Part shown: piece by piece, positions 24,605 through 28,066 of the stretch
Position numbering within the stretch: the first letter of the stretch is position 1
Layout: every line of letters starts with the position of its first letter
DNA from: a virus
Taxonomy: Duplodnaviria; Caudoviricetes
Reading direction: 5' to 3' (one strand)
Length of the DNA stretch: 28,066 bases
Virus record (IMG/VR): IMGVR_UViG_3300027563_000500
Coordinates: 1-28,066 of that record
Notes under the pieces: model-generated
Seen by the model: the letters and a program-made list of their open reading frames with translations, nothing else
Told to the model about the DNA's origin: nothing
Databases searched by the model: none
Program-made: the position numbers and the translations under genes

Positions 24605-24626
24605 CAAACAAGTATATCAAACAATG

Positions 24627-24758
24627 TTAAGAGACTCCGTAGTTGGCTAGGTGATATTCGCAAACACCTACAATAGAGTATGTGGCATCAGAAGTTAAGC
24701 CAACGTCATCAAACTTGGCTGAATCTTCGCAATATTCGCAAACTTCTTTATCCTTCAT
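24627..24758 (-). CDS. 43-aa CxxC...CxxH protein (not in ORF track)
   Basis: MKDKEVCEYC...VCEYH; TGgTATAAT 6 nt before ATG. Confidence 0.65.
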   Translation of the reverse strand: MKDKEVCEYCEDSAKFDDVGLTSDATYSIVGVCEYHLANYGVS

Positions 24759-24765
24759 AATTTTA

Positions 24766-25323
24766 TTATACCATTAACCTTTTTTGATATGCCCTGTTAT
24801 ATAGGTCGTTACAAGCCTCTAAGTCATAACTTTTAAGGATGTTCTTAACCTTTTCGTAATCTTTATGCTCAACAAAACTTGAAGAGTAGTTATTTATAGC
24901 ATTAATACTGTTAACGATTTGGTCTTTGTTGATAGGATTAGAATCTAGGTTTGATATAGTTTCTATTATTCTGTCAATTTGATCAAAGTTTGATAGGTCT
25001 ACTATAAAACTTGCTTTATCTAATATGAACTGATATATCTTTATATACTCAGATATAGCAAAGTCTCTTGCATCCTGTTCCGTTCCAAAGAATGTTTCAT
25101 GCGTTTCTGATATCAAGATTCTAGAAGATACTGCATCTATTGGGTTTCTAATTAAACCAATTATTATTAAAGAGTTATCTTCTGGTATAGAGGCAATAGT
25201 TCTAGATGTTCTAATACACATCACATGTTGTTTATTTTTTTGTTTCCATGCAAGTTGAAAGTAGTTGCTACCTGATCTTGGATATGAAACTATAAGATAT
25301 TTGCTGTATGCAAAAGGCTTAAT
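24766..25323 (-). CDS. Sulfotransferase-like protein; start uncertain (non-canonical start or pseudogene)
   Basis: In-frame upstream extension holds YLIVSYPRSGSNYF; body has LIRNPIDAVSS; no ATG/GTG/TTG before the motif. Confidence 0.6.
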   Translation of the reverse strand: MKPFAYSKYLIVSYPRSGSNYFQLAWKQKNKQHVMCIRTSRTIASIPEDNSLIIIGLIRNPIDAVSSRILISETHETFFGTEQDARDFAISEYIKIYQFILDKASFIVDLSNFDQIDRIIETISNLDSNPINKDQIVNSINAINNYSSSFVEHKDYEKVKNILKSYDLEACNDLYNRAYQKRLMV

Positions 25324-25408
25324 CTTGATTAACCTTATATGTCATAATAAAATAACATGCTACATACCCTGCAATAAATGCTGGAATTAAGAAAAATAAA
25401 CTAATCAT
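25319..25408 (-). CDS. 29-aa single-TM peptide (not in ORF track)
   Basis: AGGAGG RBS, TAATG coupling; MISLFFLIPAFIAGYVACYFIMTYKVNQD. Confidence 0.6.
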   Translation of the reverse strand: MISLFFLIPAFIAGYVACYFIMTYKVNQD

Positions 25409-25578
25409 TAGTAAACCTCCTGTCTATTAAAAAACTCAGTCATATAATTATCTTCTCCCCTTGCAACCTTTGCAGCCTCAATCCGCATGCCCAAAGCATT
25501 TGTTACTGATGGCTCAATAGGTAGGGCTTCAATAGCCCTTGCAATCTCTTCTCGTAATGTCATTTCGTCTATACTCAT
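25408..25578 (-). CDS. 56-aa hypothetical protein (not in ORF track)
   Basis: TTGACA-17-TATACT-6-ATG; MSIDEMTLREEIARAIEAL... Confidence 0.7.
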   Translation of the reverse strand: MSIDEMTLREEIARAIEALPIEPSVTNALGMRIEAAKVARGEDNYMTEFFNRQEVY

Positions 25579-25584
25579 ACTTCA

Positions 25585-25628
25585 AGTATACCCTACTTGG
25601 CAGGGTATGTCAAAACGGGTGATATAAT
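25585..25628. promoter_or_regulatory. Divergent promoter pair
   Basis: Minus: TTGACA 25613-25608 and TATACT 25590-25585. Plus: TGaTATAAT with -10 at 25623-25628. Confidence 0.7.
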
Positions 25629-25634
25629 AATATC

Positions 25635-25880
25635 ATGCCAACACCACCAAATTATCAAGGCCTCTACAACAATGGAGGATATTACGCCATTGGAGACACA
25701 GTTCTTACAGATGGAGACCCATACGGTGTCGCTGGAAGATACTTCATTAGAAGCGGTAATGCAGGTAACCCAGGGTATGCACCAGAGCCAGGCGGAGCAA
25801 CCAACGGATCTTGGACAATGATTGTCTCTAGAGGTATAGATGGTTCTGGTTCAGTAAGAGGATCTGGCGCAATAGCCTAA
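25635..25880 (+). CDS. Small Gly-rich protein, CBM5/12 (chitin-binding-like) module suspected
   Basis: Y....YAIGDTV..DG...Y......PG.AP......W pattern; own leaderless promoter. Confidence 0.55.
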   Translation: MPTPPNYQGLYNNGGYYAIGDTVLTDGDPYGVAGRYFIRSGNAGNPGYAPEPGGATNGSWTMIVSRGIDGSGSVRGSGAIA

Positions 25881-26197
25881 TCTTTATCCCAGTACGCTTT
25901 CCCAAACTCATCATAGTCATCCCAGCCTTCACCTGACATATCTATTCTCATTTGATCTATCTCGCTCTTCCATTTATCAGTATCTAATATATAGTATGTG
26001 CCCCACCACTCGTAAGGTTTATTAAGATACTTCCAGCATTTTGCGTGGTATTTATAACGAAATCCTAAATTACTATCTAGAGACTCATCTAAATCAATAG
26101 CCTTAACTAAATGATTACCAGCATAGCCACCAAGGAAATTGCCTATCCATCGTAATGGTAGTATTCTAGTTTTCTGAATTGTTGTTAAGTTGTTCAT
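25877..26197 (-). CDS. Hypothetical phage protein
   Basis: ORF with LPLRWIGN...KPYEWWGTYY. Confidence 0.65.
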   Translation of the reverse strand: MNNLTTIQKTRILPLRWIGNFLGGYAGNHLVKAIDLDESLDSNLGFRYKYHAKCWKYLNKPYEWWGTYYILDTDKWKSEIDQMRIDMSGEGWDDYDEFGKAYWDKD

Positions 26198-26270
26198 CTT
26201 TAGGTACCCATACTTTCTTTCCATCTTTCCATACAGGCCAATAGCCAAGGCTACGCCAATCCATAGTCAT
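26166..26270 (-). CDS. 34-aa hypothetical peptide (not in ORF track)
   Basis: MTMDWRSLGYWPVWKDGKKVWVPKDE...; fills the gap between neighbours. Confidence 0.45.
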   Translation of the reverse strand: MTMDWRSLGYWPVWKDGKKVWVPKDEQLNNNSEN

Positions 26271-26274
26271 TATC

Positions 26275-26559
26275 TTAGGTTCTTTCATCGCTCTCCCATA
26301 TAACTAAACACTTAGTACACTGTATACCAGGCTCACGCATATACCAAGTATGCTGACATTCTTTTTTGTTAACTGTTTTAACTTTTTTCTTTTTGGGCTT
26401 TGGGCTACCCAATCCTTTAGCCTTCAACTGTTGCCGAAATGTTCCATCTGGATCATGCACATGACATAGGCTGGCAGTTCTAAAGTTTTCTACTTTGTTC
26501 CAACACCTTGTTCCTCTATTTGTTGTAGCAGTACAGTTTCTTATTCTAGTATCCACCAA
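26275..26559 (-). CDS. Cys/His-rich basic protein (zinc-binding)
   Basis: CTATTNRGTRC...LCHVH and CQHTW...CTKC. Confidence 0.65.
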   Translation of the reverse strand: MVDTRIRNCTATTNRGTRCWNKVENFRTASLCHVHDPDGTFRQQLKAKGLGSPKPKKKKVKTVNKKECQHTWYMREPGIQCTKCLVIWESDERT

Positions 26560-26770
26560 GGCACTCGTTTCTAGTATGAAACAATCTAATCTTTGTTAAA
26601 ATTTTGCGGGACGGACCAGAAAGACCTTCTTTACAAGTAGAGCAAGTATAAGACCATTCACCGCTAAACCAATCATGGACATAGCCCTTAGCGTTTGCAT
26701 ATTTCTTTGATACAAAGGTTTGAAATGGATCAGGAATCTCAAGACTTCTTAGCACACCAAATCCAATCAT
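26546..26770 (-). CDS. Hypothetical zinc-finger-like protein (start may be GTG 26755)
   Basis: CSTC...H....C. Confidence 0.6.
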   Translation of the reverse strand: MIGFGVLRSLEIPDPFQTFVSKKYANAKGYVHDWFSGEWSYTCSTCKEGLSGPSRKILTKIRLFHTRNECLGGY

Positions 26771-26849
26771 CTGTCATGGTCTGATGTGTCTCCCAAAATA
26801 AAGGATCTTTTTTGTTCATCTTACACTTTATGCATTGATCAGGCTTCAA
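26739..26849 (-). CDS. 36-aa Cys-containing peptide (not in ORF track)
   Basis: TTGA overlap with the upstream stop; (M)KPDQCIKCKMNKKDPLFWETHQTMTDDWIWCAKKS. Confidence 0.5.
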   Translation of the reverse strand: MKPDQCIKCKMNKKDPLFWETHQTMTDDWIWCAKKS

Positions 26850-27076
26850 TCTTCTTGCCTCCAATGAAAATAAGACTTAATATAAACAATCGAGTAAGCA
26901 ACAGCAGCAAACACGAATCCGTATTGTTTGGTTGTTACTGCATAAAATATCCACATAGCCTCATTACAGGTAGCCCAAATCCATGCCCATATTTGTTTTC
27001 TTCCAACAAAATAAATTGCTGCCACTCCACTAACGGCAAGCACCCAAGAAGCATAGTTATTCATCCATTGTTCCAT
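26846..27076 (-). CDS. Small 3-TM protein (PnuC-like half unit)
   Basis: SWVL...GRKQIWAW...MWIFYA..TKQYGF...Y...W; TATACT 6 nt before ATG. Confidence 0.65.
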   Translation of the reverse strand: MEQWMNNYASWVLAVSGVAAIYFVGRKQIWAWIWATCNEAMWIFYAVTTKQYGFVFAAVAYSIVYIKSYFHWRQED

Positions 27077-27090
27077 ATATTCAGTATACC

Positions 27091-27210
27091 TTAAGTTGAG
27101 GGTTTGTTCAAGTCATGGGTCTTTGTATGATTGTATAAGGTTTGAGATGCCATACTAGACCTAGATTCTATTTCTTTTTTGCAAATAGGGCAGATAACAA
27201 TTCGTGCCAT
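27091..27210 (-). CDS. 39-aa C2H2 zinc-finger peptide (not in ORF track)
   Basis: CPICKK...LYNHTKTH. Confidence 0.65.
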   Translation of the reverse strand: MARIVICPICKKEIESRSSMASQTLYNHTKTHDLNKPST

Positions 27211-27213
27211 ATA

Positions 27214-27360
27214 TTATTTTAGTTGAGATACAAACTTAGAAGCCATCTTTAAACCCTTAACCAGCCCATCATGGTAGTCTTGGTTCTTAATAACTCTAGT
27301 TGTATCCCAAATACGGTAGGATTCTTTGTTTAATAACTCTGAGATCTCTTCGTTTGTCAT
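27214..27360 (-). CDS. 48-aa hypothetical protein (not in ORF track)
   Basis: TTGACA-17-TATACT-6-ATG; MTNEEISELLNKESYRIWD... Confidence 0.7.
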   Translation of the reverse strand: MTNEEISELLNKESYRIWDTTRVIKNQDYHDGLVKGLKMASKFVSQLK

Positions 27361-27366
27361 ATATCA

Positions 27367-27402
27367 AGTATAGCAAAATCTGCACGGTATGTCAAGTATA
27401 AT
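27367..27402. promoter_or_regulatory. Overlapping divergent promoter pair
   Basis: Minus: TTGACA 27395-27390 and TATACT 27372-27367. Plus: TATAAT 27397-27402. Confidence 0.7.
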
Positions 27403-27408
27403 AGAGTA

Positions 27409-27723
27409 ATGACCCTATTGTACATCTTATACAGCCCATTACACAAGGCTATTAAGATAGGGATATCAGATATTTCAGGTAAAAGGTTTGCAAGCCATAG
27501 AACTAAGGGATGGATATTAATTAAGTATTGGTATTTTTCCGAACGGGATAAGGCAAGAGCAGTAGAATCCCTAGTATTAGATACACTCAGGACTAAGCAT
27601 GGACACTTCCTAGATAAGTCTGATATGCCACAGGGAGGCTATACAGAGACTTTTGATGCATCTAAGATAACTCGTAGAGGTTTGATCCGTATGGTTAACA
27701 AGGCAACAAAAGATTTATCGTAA
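27409..27723 (+). CDS. GIY-YIG/T5orf172-like nuclease-domain protein
   Basis: LLYIL, IKIGIS, RFASH, A..VE, GGYTETF. Confidence 0.75.
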   Translation: MTLLYILYSPLHKAIKIGISDISGKRFASHRTKGWILIKYWYFSERDKARAVESLVLDTLRTKHGHFLDKSDMPQGGYTETFDASKITRRGLIRMVNKATKDLS

Positions 27724-27864
27724 TCTTTTATTAGCAGCACAGGTAAGACATACAAAGGGATCATCATTAGCCTTTATGTATAGTTGATTACATTGGCTAC
27801 AGGCTACCTTGTAAGAATCAATCTTCTTGGCATATAGACTCCAAGAGGATTCAAACTTGTCCAT
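27715..27864 (-). CDS. 49-aa CxxC-CxxC zinc-ribbon peptide (not in ORF track)
   Basis: ...ACSQC...FVCLTC. Confidence 0.6.
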   Translation of the reverse strand: MDKFESSWSLYAKKIDSYKVACSQCNQLYIKANDDPFVCLTCAANKRLR

Positions 27865-27867
27865 AAA

Positions 27868-28047
27868 TTACTTACAAGCCAAGCAGTAGTATGGATTACG
27901 TAGGTTATCTGGACTGACATATCCTGTTCGAGCACATTTATGGCATGTGGCCTTAATTAGATCAGATTGTTCTATATCAAAACCAAATTGTCTTGTATAG
28001 TATAGTTTAGTTGCATACCAAGTGATTAGTATTATAATTATTTCCAT
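27868..28047 (-). CDS. Small protein with N-terminal TM and zinc ribbon
   Basis: CHKC...YCLAC; TGaTATAAT 6 nt before ATG 28047. Confidence 0.65.
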   Translation of the reverse strand: MEIIIILITWYATKLYYTRQFGFDIEQSDLIKATCHKCARTGYVSPDNLRNPYYCLACK

Positions 28048-28066
28048 CATACTATTATATCAGAGC

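Noticed and set aside
1-28066. Stop-codon reassignment (alternative genetic code)
   Set aside because: Recognisable genes are uninterrupted in code 11 and end in TAA, TAG and TGA; there is no suppressor tRNA.

Overview
AT-rich, gene-dense fragment of a large tailed-phage genome. The likely host is a freshwater Actinobacterium (inference from WhiB, an actinobacterial-type 7Fe ferredoxin, a C-terminal TITCVKGK...CPxGY tag and many leaderless genes). No capsid, terminase or polymerase gene is present, so this is an accessory arm. Genes run on + from 1 to about 19550 and mostly on - afterwards. The window encodes lysis/membrane proteins (CHAP amidase, holin-like proteins), proteases (HslV-like, trypsin-like), nucleases (SNase, HNH, PD-(D/E)xK, GIY-YIG-like), Hsp20 and five tRNAs (Arg-TCT, Glu-TTC, Gly-TCC, Asn-GTT, Ile2/Met-CAT). 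It also carries a large dispersed modification toolkit: an APS kinase fused to an HxGH nucleotidyltransferase, four sulfotransferase-like paralogs, several 2OG-Fe(II)/JmjC oxygenases, GT60-like and GT61 glycosyltransferases, a sugar-nucleotidyltransferase/HAD cassette and a flavin halogenase. The most notable unexplained signals are: two promoter-driven, ORF-free structured RNAs flanking hsp20; a ROSE-like thermometer in the hsp20 leader; the possible phage PAPS-supply plus sulfation/hydroxylation/glycosylation system; and a recurrent layout of -10 hexamer, 6 nt, ATG. All calls are by eye from motifs; no searches were run.
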